The notes beneath the pieces are model-generated. The model saw only the letters and a list, made by a program, of their open reading frames with translations, searched no databases and was not told the DNA's origin. Both the position numbers and the translations under genes were made by a program. A stretch of DNA of 64,000 nucleotides from Octopus sinensis (taxonomy: Eukaryota). Shown here in pieces: positions 28,218 to 42,189 of the stretch. Numbering within the stretch: position 1 is the stretch's first letter; the number at the start of each line of letters is the position of its first letter. The stretch spans positions 59,334,001 through 59,398,000 of the forward strand of contig NC_042999.1 in assembly GCF_006345805.1 (NCBI RefSeq), in the 5' to 3' direction.

Positions 28218-30146
28218 AACATATATATATATATAGACACATATGTATGTATAGAGGGACAGTGAGAGAGAGGAAAAGAGTAGGGGAGAGATAAGTATAA
28301 TGCAATTTAAGTATTTATTTCTTCATTCTCTTAATGTGTCTACATAACTCTCAGTGCATGTAAAATGTAAATACAAGTATGTATACGAGTGCATACACAC
28401 CCATATATATATACACATATATTTATATGCATACAAATCTACATTCACACATACACGCGTGCGTAGGTACACACATAGCTTCACGCATACACATGAATAT
28501 ATCATGTATAAGAATCTAATGGAAAACTGGTTGGGGAAGGCTGAATTAGAGAGATTGATAGACAGATAGAAGATAGATAGATAGAGAGAGAGATAGATTG
28601 AGAGATAGATAGATTGAGAGATAGATAGATAGATAGAGAGAGAGAGACGGAGGGAGATAAAGAGAGAGAGAAGATAGAAGAACGAGAAGCTATGAATTAT
28701 TTTTTTCTATTCAGTTTCTCCTACATTATGCACAGACAAATCTTTCGAGTGGTATTCGTCTCCGTGTACGATTTCTTAATCTCAAGTGCATTCAACTGTC
28801 TCATCAAGAGCATTAACCTTGTCCTAAATAAGGACATGTTTAATATTTTCTTGGTGCGTAACTTTCTTACGAAAATCAAGCTAAGTGCATAATGGAATCT
28901 AATCTGTCTATAAACTGACATGACCATTCTGTACTCTTTGACCTCTACAAGATCATGAAATATTTTGGCAATGTAAAGTTAGTAATAGTATTGAGAAATT
29001 CTCGAGATCTCTTGCTAAAATTCTTGCGATTTGACGATCGATTAATTTACTACAGTCATGTAATTGAAGGAGAATAATCTTGTTGCGGTTCTCGAACCGA
29101 AAAGATGGAGTTTTTCCCCGCTGCTTCAATCACTAGATTATTGCAGTTTGTTTTGTTTATGCTAGAATCACTATAATCTGACATCTTTTTTTGGCTATTT
29201 GAATTACTATCACCCAAGCGAGTGGATTATTTTGAATGATTACTTTTTAATATAACAAGATTGTCATATACACTGACAAAAACAAAAGGTTTCTTAGTAC
29301 TCAGTCGTCTTAGAGACAACCGCGTTGTTTTCTATGAAATGCGAATGGACCATGCCGGATTATTCTATTGAAATATAATCAATAAATCCTGACGGGGATA
29401 GCGTATTGCTTGTTGTTGTGTTATATCAGGAGGTCATCAATAGTTCAATATACCATCTAGTTTATATTTGCCGATACGAGGTCTAAGATCTAAAATCTGA
29501 AACCTTAAAGCACGAGCAATAATTCCTTCATAACACACATGCACACACTCCCACATACAAGCGCACACATTCAAAAACATGCGCGTATATGTGTATGTCG
29601 CTGGTCGATGTCGCATGACTGAAAGTGGAGTGCTAATTACAGAAGACGTTTTTTCTTCATTGAATGTTAAAATTAGGTAACGTCTCACGGATTGAGTTTT
29701 AGGCTATTGCGATCATTAGGCAAGAACAGGCACACACGTACGTGCCTGTGTGTGTGCGAGTGTGTGTGTGTATGTGTGCGTGCATATATGTATGTATGTA
29801 CGCATGAATGTGTGAGGGATGGCTCATTTTTTGCCATATGAGGAGGAATATGAAACTCAGAAAGCCTTATGATGATGATCATCATAATAAATCGTTCTCA
29901 TTGAGGCACAAGGCTACCACCTTTAAGGGAATGTGGCTAATCGATTTCATCGAATCAGCAGTTGATTGGTACATTATTTTATCGCTTTCTGTAGTATTTT
30001 GTACTACACAGTAAACAATAATGATGATGATGATGATAATAATAATAATAATAATAATAATCATAATAATAATAATAATAAGATGATGATGATGATGATA
30101 ATAATAATAATAGTAATAATAGTAAGAATAATAATAATAATAATAA

Positions 30147-30702
30147 TTGCCCTGATGCAGTACCAGGCAGTGGCTCTCATGGCTTCTGATCTTAACTGAT
30201 TGGAAGTGTTATCATGTACATTGATTTGTCTTGGTATAAAAGATGGGCTACAGCAAATATTCTGCTCAATACCACAGATTTGCTTGTCAGTTGTTTGACT
30301 TTAACCAGTTGACCATGTCCCTTAGTGGCTGACGATATGTGCATCTCTGGTCACGAGCAGAAGTAGTGGGGGAGCATCATAGCCATGTGTTGAGAGGGAT
30401 TCTTTGGGGTTTGAATAATTCACCTCTGGAAACATGGGTGGTTCTTTCAACATCCTTAAACAACCCTTATTCAGGGACCTTTTGAGCGGGATGGGCTACT
30501 CAACCTGAAGAAAATTCTAACTGGGCCCCACCTGCAAGGTCATGTGCTGTTTATCTTGATATGAGATCACTATGTCGCGCACATTTGGTTGCGATGCATG
30601 TGCCTGGTGTACCCTTATCAGACGGGTAGTCATGATGGGTATATTGGGCTTCGTATATTTTACCCCAGTGTCACTTTGATGGCATCAACTGCTCTCCCAC
30701 TC
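30147..30702. mobile_element. About 556-bp non-coding element embedded in an (AAT)n microsatellite
   Basis: GC-richer block with sharp edges, flanked on both sides by (AAT)n; no TIR or ORF seen. Confidence 0.65.
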
Positions 30703-30746
<44 letters not shown>

Positions 30747-31139
30747 TGATAATGATAAATATTAGTTATTTTTATTAATATTTTTATCATTATCATTACA
30801 ATTACCATTACCATAATGATCATAACCATTATTATTAGCAATATTATTATTATCTTCATTGTTATTATTATTATTATTATTATATTATTATTATTATTGT
30901 TGTTGTTGTTGTTGTTGTTACTATTGTATCCCTCATCCTTCGCCCTGATAGCAAATAAATTGCCATATTTCAACGTGTAGAAGGAAATTTTTTTTTCCAA
31001 AATTAGGTTAAAAAAATATGGTAGTTTCTTATACATAGTATTATAATCCCTCACAAAACATTTTTTACCAAATTTTAAGCCCCCAAAATTAGGAGGTTTC
31101 TTATACACGTTAAAATAAATGTTGATTTTGTTACTACTG

Positions 31140-31178
<39 letters not shown>

Positions 31179-31199
31179 TCAGTCGTAGTAGTATCCTCG

Positions 31200-32170
31200 T
31201 CATCATAATGCCCTGCTTATTAGTACATGGGTTAACAAAAAGATCAAGTACGATACACTGCTATACATTGTGAGATTGCATTAAAACGTGTAAAGAAGAG
31301 AATTGACAAAATTAATTAAATAATCAAGAAATCAAAGAAAGAAAACCCTCCAAAAGGTCAGGAGATCTCAGGGGGCTAATCCAGGGACACCCATAAAAAC
31401 AATGGTCACCCTTACTGCTAAGACATCTGTCCTCTTCCAGTTGCCCTTCATATTTTCAGGCACTTGAAACGGGTTCGCTACTTTGAACCAAGCTCGCCGA
31501 TATCGTCCACCTTTTGACAAATTTAACGGGAAGCAGCACAGTCTTCTCTACCCCTCCCCCCAGTTTTAATTTCAATTGAATCTTGAAACATTTGATGAAG
31601 GACTGCATTATGAAAAAGGCATTTATTTTTAGCCCTTCCCGCCTCGTCCGCGTCACAACCTCTTTCGCCAAAGCCACAAGACAAATGAAAGCTGCTTGCC
31701 CTTGCTAGGTCAAGGAAGTAGACCTGACAACCTTCACAATGAGCTCAGTTAATAGATAAATCTGTCGTAAACGGAAAAGCAACTGTTTGACTTAGCTCCT
31801 CCTGTCAACAATGCTCCGGGACTGGACAAGTGCGTGCAGAATAATTTCGTTGCTCTGCACAAATGTCGCTCAGGTTTAAATGACAACACTACTATACCTG
31901 TAGATTTTACCACTGGTAGCACTGCTAAACCAGGTATTTTTAGTAATTATCCATGGAACTCGATCCATATGTCGTCTCAAAAAATCTATCCAGTTGACTT
32001 CCATTAATGCTCAGACCGAAACCTACGTCGCGTTTGCCCACCATTGATCTTCTAAATAGCGCCAATATAGAAATGGCGCTCATTGCATTGCTTGATTGAT
32101 AGAGGGTTGTGAGCGTTTGACGAATACCCTGTCTGAGTCTCTTCATCGTTCAGAACAATTGATCTGTTAA
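31200..32170 (-). mobile_element. Decayed L1/Tx1-type LINE, ORF2 C-terminus plus 3' UTR
   Basis: MDNY*KYLV*QCYQ, NEIILHALVQ, AAFICLVALAKEVV, FVKRW match typical Tx1 ORF2 C-terminal motifs. Confidence 0.7.
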
Positions 32171-32349
32171 AGAACTGAGTTGTAGGAAAACGAGTCTGAG
32201 AATGGCAACCACAATTGTCTCCCATCAAAGAATCTTTTGATATTTTGTAGTCTCAGTGCATTTCTGCACATCATCAACCAAGGAATGCCTAATCCTTCAT
32301 GCAGCTGATGTGGGCAGTTAGTGGGGTGCCCGATTTGTGGAATATGTAC

Positions 32350-32757
32350 CTGTTTCTTTACTACTGACAAGGGGCTAAACACAGAGGGGACGAACAAGGG
32401 CAGACAAACGGATTATGTCAATTACAGCGACCCAGTGCATAACTGGTACTTATTTAATCGACCCCGGAAGGATGAAAGGCAAAGTCGACCTCGGCAGAAT
32501 TTGAACTGAGAACGTAGCAACAGACGAAATACCTATTTCATTATTACCCACAAAGGGCTAAACATAGAAGGGACAAAAGGGACAGACATAGGTATTAAGT
32601 GATTTACATCGACCCCAGTGCGTAACTGGCACTTAATTTATCGACCCCGGAAGGATGAAAGGTTTAAGTTCAAAAGGAATTTGAACTTACAACGTAACGG
32701 CAGACAGGATACCGCCAAGCATTTCGTCCGTCGTGTTATCGTTTCTGCCAGCTCGCC
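32350..32757 (-). mobile_element. Two stacked SINE family A copies
   Basis: Reverse complement of family A. Confidence 0.85.
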
Positions 32758-33020
32758 GATTTGTGGAATACGTACCTCTAGACGAAACGCTCCATTTTTG
32801 GCGGGACGTACATGAACTGGGATTGAGTATGACAGTTAGGTGGTAATATATGATAGTGCTATAGTGACTTCATTCACATATGCCGTCACAGATCTTCCAT
32901 ACTTTTTCCGTATGGAGTCCTTCTTAATGTCTCTAGTTTCCGCTAGCTTTACAATAATAAGAATTTTAAACTTTGCCTCAAAGTTGGTGTTACCTATTGA
33001 GTTTCTCTGACTACCGACTG

Positions 33021-33107
33021 ATGAAAGCTGCCTGCCCTTGCTAGGTCAAGGAAGTAGACCTGACAACCTTCACAATGAGCTCAGTTAATCGATAAATCTG
33101 TCGTAAA
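33021..33107. repeat. 87-bp direct duplicate of 31685-31771
   Basis: atgaaagctgc...ctgtcgtaaa, two mismatches by eye. Confidence 0.9.
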
Positions 33108-34485
33108 TCTGTCTAAGGATGGATAAAGTAATAACTTTCCCAGTGAAAACAGGAAAATATAAAAGTAAGCACCAATATGATCTTTTCGAGAACAATAGCT
33201 TAAAATTAATGCTACACAGTAGTTTTGTATACATACTACACTAAAACACACGCACAAAAAACACGCCCCACACAGACACACACATACACACACACACACA
33301 CGCTCACGCGTACAGACACAGGCAGACAGACAGGCCCCCCACACACACCATTGCATCCTACGTCGAATCTTGCAAAAACTTCTGGCAGAAAGCTTCTCAA
33401 TATGTGTTCCAACTCTTTGCGCTCTGAGTTGAAATCTTGCCGAGGCGAAAGGTGCATTTCATTCTTTAAACTTAAATTTCGGACCAGTAAGAATTCTTTA
33501 AGAGGATTCTTTAAATTTTGTCAGGTATTTGGGTCAGATTTCTTGTCTGAAGAGACATTCTTCCCTATCTCTCATTACTCTCAGAAGCAATGTAAAGAAC
33601 CACGGACCTTGCCTTCCCTCCTGACTAAACGAGTTCAAAAGCTATTTTTCTGTAGGGTGTCAGCTTTCAACCCCCTATTTTTACATGCATTTCTTAAGAC
33701 ATACTTCGGCCACAGTTTATCGTCATCAGAGAAATTCTTTAAACCGTTTGCATGTACATTAGCAATGACAATACTTAACCGAATTTATCGGCCCTATCTA
33801 TTTATAGTTAATAAGCTGCAATATCTTTGATAGGGAAATTAATATTTTCGATTAAAGATAAAAGTTTTTACTTGACTAATAAAGTCATTTCTTTATGGTA
33901 AGTCATTGCATAAAACGTCATTTTGCATGGATAGTGACTCGCACATTATTCTTCAGGAAACTTGGTTATATTTTTATTTAGCGCATGGCGTTGCTATGGA
34001 CTTTGCATGTCCTCTCAGGTTGAGATCATTATCTTTACTTCTGTAGACTGATGCTGGAAAGGTTCTTATTGCTGTTTAGCGCAAAGAAAATCACCATGAA
34101 CCAGACCTACTGTAAGTAGCAAGGATTACATCACTTTTATTTACAGAATTATGATACTCGGGATACTTTACTTAATTTCCATACTTTTTTAAGTAATAGA
34201 AGGATGTGTAGATATTTGGCTGTCATTTCTAGCACGTCGAATGCTCAGGTGGGAGCTCTAACATTTGTTAGCGAGAAAAAGTGTTGCAGAGAACTGCAAT
34301 TATTTGATAAAAGTCATCTCAAAATGTTCTTTTGAGGGTTTAAAATTTAGCAAAGAGAAAGGATATTGAGTGGAGAAGAAACATTTGAATTTGTTTCGCT
34401 TGAATGGCGATTTAACACTTTTTGTATTATGAGATTAAAGTTACCTTCATAGCATCTGTGACAGAACGATCGATCTATCTATCTG

Positions 34486-34635
<150 letters not shown>

Positions 34636-34684
34636 TATATATAGAGAGAGAGAGGGAGAGATAGATAGATAGATAGATAGATAG

Positions 34685-34723
<39 letters not shown>

Positions 34724-35354
34724 AATGTATACGCGTGAGTGTGTGTGTGTGTGGGTGAGAGAGAGAGAGAGAGAGAGAATGGGAAAGAAAGAAAAAGATG
34801 TCTGCAAACAGTACGCCGACTCAGCCTATTTGAGTTGGTATTTGCCAAGATCTAACAATTCGGTAATCGGAGATGGAACGCGGGAACAGTTAAACAGACT
34901 CGGTATTGAATGACATGGAGTTTGAAAGAGGTATAAGGACGGGTCATATCAATCATTCTAGATCATGACCAACCACAGAACAATCAACAAGAATACCATG
35001 ATGATTTATCTGATTGTCATAGAGTTGTCAGTTGCAGATTATCTGTTAATGTCCATTAACAAAATCACGAACAAGCAGCTAATTCTGCTGAACAAACAAG
35101 TAAAACGATAGCCAATGTTGCAGGAATTCATACGCCACCGCATAAAATAATAATATATTGCAAAATTACACTGGGAATTAGAATACAATATGTAATTTTT
35201 CCATATGATGTATAATTCTTTCTACTTTTGACACAAGGCCTCAGAGAGGGCTAGTCGATTACATCGACCCCAGTACTCGACTGGTATTTATTTTATCGAC
35301 GCCAAGAAGATGAATGGCGAAGTCGACTTCGGCGGAATGTGTACTCAGAACGTA

Positions 35355-36649
35355 CGAGGGGCGTTCAATAAGTAATGCCCCTGACCCACTTCCCATAGCA
35401 GTAGAGCAACGAAACTTGGCACAGGTATTAGTCTTTTTCTACATAGGAACAACCCAGAGGTACGCATTTCTCCCATCGTTTGATGCAGTTCTGGAGACCG
35501 TTTTCGTAGAAGATCCCAGCTTGGTCCTCCAACCTCAATGTGACCTCAGAAATCAAGGCTGCATCATCTGGGAAACGCTTTCCTTTCAAAAACAACTTCA
35601 TGGCTGGGAAGAAGTGAAAATCAGAGGGTGCAAGGTCAGGAGAGTAGGGGGATGGAGGAAGAGTTCATAGCCGCACGCCTGTGCTTCTGATCTGGCGACA
35701 CGCGAGTTGTGGACCGGAGCGTTGTCCTGCAGGAGGAGGATGCCTTTGCTGATCTTGCCCCGCCACTTGGTTTCGATAGCTTCTCTTAATTTCCTCAAAA
35801 GTGAAACCTGATAGGCTCCTGTAATTGTGGTACCCTTTGCCAGGAAATCTGTCATCACTACTCCGTCATGGTCCCAGAAGACTGTGAGCATGACCTTGCC
35901 AGCGGAGGGCTGCACCCTTGCCTTCTTTGGAGGAGGTGAGTCATGGTGCTTCCACTGCATTGACTGGGCTTTGGTCTCTGATTCATAGTGATGGACCCAG
36001 GTCTCATCCTGTGTAATTAGTCTTTTAAAAAAATTTGACTCATCTTCTTGGCACATCCCTAAATTCTTGCTTCTGGAATTCTTGCGTTCTTGCTTCTGGA
36101 AAAGTGTGAGCAACCTGGAAATCCATCTGGTAGACACCTTTTGCATATGCAAATGGTCATGAATGATAGTTTCCACAGACCCGGTACTAATTGTGACCTC
36201 ATGGGCTATTTGGCGAATAGTTATGCGTCGATCTTCCAAAATGGCAGCCTCAACTTGACGGACAGATGTCTCATCAATGGCAGAAGGGGGGGGGCGACCA
36301 GATCTGGGAGCTGTTTCCACAGAGTTCCGACCATGTTTGAATTCACGATGCCAGCGTTTTACAAGGTCATATGATGGGGCATCATCACCATAAGTTACTT
36401 TCATTTCATTAAAAGTCTCCTGTGGTGTGCGTCATTTCAAATACAAAAACGGGATCAGTGCTCGACACTCAACATGCTCCATTTCCCACTTGACTCATTT
36501 CAAACACCTGTAAATCAGAAACCACAATTAGTTCGGAGCTATAATTTGCCACTTAATCTATAGAGATATCAATAATTGCACATGCAAAATTTCAGCTAGA
36601 TCAAACAAAGGCAAGTGGGTCAGAGGCATTACTTATTGAACGCCCCTCG
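35355..36649 (-). mobile_element. Full-length mariner transposon inserted in a SINE A copy
   Basis: 37-bp TIRs cgaggggcgttcaataagtaatgcc(c/t)ctgacccactt with one mismatch. TA duplication at 35353-54 and 36650-51. The left flank is SINE A ...ctcagaacgTA; the right flank aagctggaa is only a loose continuation. Confidence 0.95.
35428..36482 (-). pseudogene. Mariner D,D34D transposase, disrupted
   Basis: MEHVECRALIPFLYLK*RTPQETFNEMKVTYG...QDETWVHHY...LQDNAPVH..., a frameshift near YSPDLAPSDF, ending RWEKCVPLGCSYVEKD*. Confidence 0.9.
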
Positions 36650-37084
36650 TAAAGCTGGAAACGTGTCGCTCTGTACCCTTGTCTGCCGTGCTAAAGGTTC
36701 TGTCTGATTACCGTCCAAGTGTGCTGTAAAATTTAGTGCAGACTTAAGTAAAAAAAAAGGGGGGGAACTAGAAAGCAGTTTTATAATATAAAGACGATAT
36801 TATCCGAGAGAAAAATATGCCTAGAACACAGTAAGAAATTTTCTGTCACTGGAATATCAAACGCCAAACATACAAAATATTTTCAGTAATTTTGATTCCA
36901 AAAGGTGGCAGATTTGCCTTTATATTTATCTGGATGTGACACAGCACTTTGGTAAATACCTAAAGTTTTGGATATGAAGCGTTTAGTTACAGAACTTCAG
37001 ACCCTCAGCTCAAATTCCTCTGAGGTCAATTTAGTTTCCCTCCTTTCGAGGTTTGATCACGTATAATAACAGTTATATCATGGA

Positions 37085-37520
37085 ATCGAATGTTACCAAC
37101 TATAATTTTACCCCTGTATGCATGTAAGATATGGGCCTTGACGAAGAGGGAACAACATTTGGTTACGGTGCAGAGATCCATGGAAAAGTCGATGCTGGGA
37201 ATCTCATTTGGAACGAGGAGACCTAGGATAGTACTGGAGTGAAATACGCCTTCGTAGACTACCATCACACAAAGCTACGATGGGCTGGTCATGTCGCAAG
37301 GTTCAAAGACGATATGTGGACTCACGCAGTTGTCGAGTGGTACTAGTGCAAGCGGAAGCGACCGCTCAGAAGACCCCCAGGTTGCCATATGATTTAAGAA
37401 AAATGTTTGGAGCACCGTGGAAGAGAATGGCGAGAGCCCGAAGGGTATGGAGCGAATGCTGTAACCAGCGGAGCCGACTCGACACCAGACAGTGTGGCCG
37501 ATCCAGGTAACCCAGGTGAC
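37085..37520 (+). mobile_element. RTE-clade LINE 3' fragment
   Basis: YACKIWALTK, QRSMEKSMLGIS, KLRWAGHVARFKDDMWTHAVVEWY, KRPLRRPP. Confidence 0.85.
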
Positions 37521-38486
37521 ATGTAACACAAGGCAACACGATTTCTTTATATACACAGTAGTTTCATATACATACTACACTAAAACACACGCACAAAAAA
37601 TACCCCCACACAGACACACACACACACACACACACACAAACATACACGAACACACACTCACATACAGACACACACCATTGCAGCCTACGTCGAATCAAGG
37701 AAAAAATGGTTACAGTTAGGTCGTATTTTGTTCGAATACACGAAAGATTTCTTACATTGAAAATGAAGCATCCAAGAATAAAAACTGGCAGAAAGCCTCT
37801 CAATATGTATTCCAACTCTTTACACTCTGAGTTGAAATCTTTCCGAGCTGAAATGCTATATATTTTACCGGACTAAAAGAAGGACTAAAGACAATATCGA
37901 CCACCATACGAGATTTGAACTCGCAATGCAAAATTATGCGACAAAATACCTCAAAGAATCTTGTCGACCACTACTACTCTCCCGCTTCTGCCAAGGTATG
38001 GCCATAATACAAATATCGCCCATGTACATCCACGAAATGTAATGTTTCATTATTTTTAAAATAACAAATCTATATTACTGGTAACGAATATACTAGACAT
38101 GACAGAAACGGAGACATAATTTTCATCCAATACAGCCTAATCGCTCAAAAAAAAAAAAAAATGGCTACACTAAGGTCGTATTTTGTTCGAGTACACAAAA
38201 GGTTTCTTACATGGAGAATGAAGCGCCCAAGAATATATAAAGTAACGGATTTTATAATGAAGTGAGCAAAGAGCACGGAAGCAAGTAAGGTTATTTATTA
38301 TTATTAATATTATTATTACTTCGTTACACATAAGAAAGCTTATTTAACAACTAACTACTTTTCACAGAAAGGATGTGAAATAAAAATGCATGTAAATAGT
38401 TTTTTATTTTTTTTATTTAAAAAGACCTTATCCTAACGGCTTCAAATACTTCTTGGAATTGCAGCTGCTAAAACTACTGCTGGTGG

Positions 38487-38562
<76 letters not shown>

Positions 38563-38784
38563 GTTGCTCTTGTAATATGTGTGTGCATATGTGTAAATAA
38601 TTGTGGATATATAAACATTTATGCGTAAATATGTGTAAATATATATATATATATATACGTAAATATATGTGTATATATATATATATATATATTAGTATAA
38701 ATATGTTAGTATAAATATATATATATATATATGTGTGTGTAAATATATGTGTATGCATATATATATATATATATGTTTACATAT

Positions 38785-39187
38785 TTTATTCTTTTATTTG
38801 TTTCAGTTATTTGACTGCGGCCATGCTGTAGCATCGCCTTTCGTCGAACAAATAGACTTCAGTATTTACTCTTTGTGAGCCTAGTACTTATTTTATCGAT
38901 CTCTTTTGCCGAACTGCTAGATATGGGACGTAAACACACCAATGTCTGTTGTCAAGCGATGGTGGGAGGACCAACACAGACACACAGATACATATATATA
39001 TATATATATATATAACATATTTACACGACGGACTTCTTTCAGCTTTCGTCTACTAAATCCACTCACAAGGATTTGGTCGGCTTGTGGCTCTAGTAGAAGA
39101 CACTTGCCCAAGGTCTGACGCGCTGGTATTGTACCCAGAACCATGTGGCTGGTAAGTGCAATCTACATACCACACAACCACTCCTAC
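38785..39187 (-). mobile_element. SINE family B
   Basis: Reverse complement of family B, head-to-head with a diverged + copy at 39314-39725. Confidence 0.8.
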
Positions 39188-39215
39188 ACGTATGTATATA
39201 TATTTATAATACACT

Positions 39216-39249
<34 letters not shown>

Positions 39250-39722
39250 CACACATGCATATATTTACACATTTGCCTATATTTACGCTTACACATACAT
39301 ACACACATACATAGGGCAGGCGTGGCTGCGTCGTAGGAAGCTTGATTCCCAAATACATGGTTCCAGGTTCAATCCCACTGCGTCGCACCTTAGCAAGTGT
39401 CTTCTAGTATAGCTTTGGGCCAGTCAACGCCTCGTGTATGGATTTGGTAGACGGAAACTGAAAGAAGCCCGTCTTATATAAATATACATGTATGTATTTG
39501 TGTGTGTGCGTGTTTGTTTATGGGTGTGTATTTATCCCAATGCCATCACTTGACAACTAATGGTGGTATGTCTATGTCCCCGTAACTTAACTGTTCAGCA
39601 AAAGAGACCGATAGAATAAGTACTATGCTTACATAGAATAAGTCGATTTCTTCCACAAAAAGCATCTTTGAGGCGGTGTTCCAGCATGGCCGCAATCAAA
39701 TGACTGAAACATGTAAAAGGAT

Positions 39723-39785
<63 letters not shown>

Positions 39786-39806
39786 GTATGTATGTATGTA
39801 TACGTA

Positions 39807-40815
39807 TATGAAGTGGTATAAAATCCTTCCTGGACCAGTTCTAAAATGCGCCACGCCGGCAGATGGCAGTGCACGGTCGCGTGCGCAGTGACAGTTTGCA
39901 GTAACCTCGGTGAAGCAGAATACCGAGCGACATCGCTATGTTTACTTCGCAAGTTGTGAATTTTGTATTTTTATGATCTCGTGTATGCAGTAGTCTGTGA
40001 CCTTGTCATGGACAAGTAATTGCAACGAAGAGCCAACGTGAAATTTTGCGTCAAACTTGGGAAGTCTGCTACAGAGACATTAATCTTACCTCGGCAAGAT
40101 TGCGACGACGGAGCAATCTGTCGTGCCCAACGTTTAGAGTGACAGCGGCGCTTTATGATAGGAAGAACGTTACAGAAAGACGATGAGCGGTGTGGATAAC
40201 CTGCCATCAGCGTCACCCCCGGAACCTGGAGAAAATTCATCGGTTTGTACATGAGTATCGTTGGTGGACAATCATCGACATTGCTGATTTTGTTGTTCTG
40301 TCGCATGGGTTTGCACAAGCAATCTTAACATCTGAATTGAACATGCGATGTGTCTCCGCTAAGTTTCTCCCCGCCCCCACTCTGAGGAAGGTAACTATTT
40401 CGAAGGCGATGCTATTAAAACTTAGATAAATAAGTTATCTTTTTTATTAGATATAACTTGTCCGGGAGTGGAGGCACAATGGCCCAGTGTTTAGGGCAGC
40501 GGACTCGCCGGCGGAAGATCGCGGTTTCGATTACCAGACCGGGCGTTGTGTGTGTTTATTGAGCCCAAACACCGGCAGAGGGTGGTGACGACCCCTGTTG
40601 TACTCTTTCGCCCCAACTTTCTCTCACTCTTTCTTCCTATTTCATGGGTAACGCTGCGATGGACTGGCATCCCGTCCTGCTCGGTGGGGGCGGGAATACA
40701 TACGCGACAGAAACCGGGAAACCGGGAAACCGGGCCCGTGAACCTGGTTAGGCTTGAAAAGGGCGCATAAGTAAAAATAATAACTTGTCCGGGAACCTTT
40801 TGATACCGCCCCGTA
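39807..40815 (+). mobile_element. Internally deleted mariner, interrupted by a SINE
   Basis: QRRANVKFCVKLGKSATETL...ELNMRCVSAKF. Degenerate TIRs: tatgaagtggtataaaatccttcctggaccagtt / aacttgtccgggaacctttttgataccgccccgta. Confidence 0.85.
40468..40779 (+). mobile_element. tRNA-derived SINE, family C with V-domain-like tail, flanked by a 15-bp TSD
   Basis: Head gtggaggcacaatggcccagtgtttagggcagcggactc; tail gcgatggactggcatcccgtcc...gaaaccggg. TSD ataacttgtccggga at 40453-40467 and 40780-40794. Confidence 0.92.
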
Positions 40816-41689
40816 TGTGTGTGTGTATGTGTGTGTGTTTGGTGTTTGTAAGACCAGATATGATCACTCGTGTGTTTGCAAACGAAGATAAGCTTTTATT
40901 CACACGCATGCGTATGTCTGTTTACAAGTGTGCCTGTGGTTGCATATGTGCGCTTCCGTAGATTTGTGTATGCGTGTCACTGTTTGTTTACACCACTTGC
41001 ATTATCATTTACATTCTTCTCCCTCCTCCCGCTGCTCAGTTAATTAGAATCATCTGGATAGAACTAAAATAAATTACGTCAATATTCCCGCAATTGATCA
41101 TTCTTATTATTTCTTCAGTGGCCAGTTGATAGAAATTTTAACTGAATGAACCATAATACCACCTGAACATTAATGACGGTGGCTTGCTACGAATTTAGAT
41201 TGATTACAACGGTTACATAATAAATGCTTCGTGGACAATCGAAGGTTACTGTCAAATCAGACTTATTCGCTAAAGTTAACGTAAATCAACGCTACATAAG
41301 ACAAATGACATCGCCCAGAACAGAAATTGTAAGCAATCCCAAATCTATTTTATACTTTCATGCTCAAAATCCCACCGAGATAGATAAATTTATTGTTATT
41401 AACTTTATTATTCTCCTGTATGTGGTGGCTCACACACCATTACTGTCGTTGCTGTGAGAACTGTATAACATGTACACGTTATTTTTAAATAACCCCATTC
41501 TGTGTAACCTCCCCAGCGCATTATGACTGCCTTTCTACTGTCTCCTTCACCCGTCCCTCTCTTAGCAAATAAATGCAATCATCATCATCACCATCATCGT
41601 CGTCGCCATTATTTTGGTTTGTTTCAGCTTCGGTCTTATTCGGAATTATGTGGAGAGCAGTTTACTACCTGTAAACCTTAGGTGTTCTT

Positions 41690-41925
41690 TTATTCTTTTA
41701 CGTGTTTCAGTCATTTGATTGCGACCATGCTGGAGCACCGCCTCTAGTCGAGCAAGTCGACCCCAGAGCTTATTCTTTGTAAGCTTAGTACTTATTCTAT
41801 CGGTCTTCTTTGCCGAACCGCTAAGTTACGATGACATAAACACACCAGCATCGGTTGTCAAGCGATTTGGGGGGGGGGGTTAAACACAGACACACAAACA
41901 TATACATACATACATACATACACAC

Positions 41926-41975
<50 letters not shown>

Positions 41976-42165
41976 GTATGCATGTATGTATATTTATATA
42001 TACGACGCGCTTCTTCCAGTTTCCGTCTACCAAATCCACTCACAGGGCTTTGGTCGGCCCGAGGCTATAGTAGAAGACACTTACCAAAGGTGCCACCCAG
42101 TGTGACTGAATCCAGGGCCATGTGGCTGGAAGCAAGGTACTTACCACACAGCCACATCTGCGCCT
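41690..42165 (-). mobile_element. SINE family B
   Basis: Reverse complement of family B. Confidence 0.85.
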
Positions 42166-42189
42166 ATCCACAAGTTTTCAGCAGTCTTT

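Noticed and set aside
33236-33457. Apparent exon QDFNSERKELEHILRSFLPEVF with a paralogue at 37564-37815
   Set aside because: The DNA matches a decayed SINE head (cctcggc..gatttcaactcagagcg...tttctgccag), which explains the similarity.
33690-33735. CUGAUGA...GCC GAAG UAUGUC on the minus strand
   Set aside because: Needs about four repairs in helices II and III, and helix I does not pair; could be a very old copy but is unsupported.
33225-33830. 201-aa ORF on the + strand
   Set aside because: Starts in (CA)n, crosses a SINE remnant, and has no recognisable domain.
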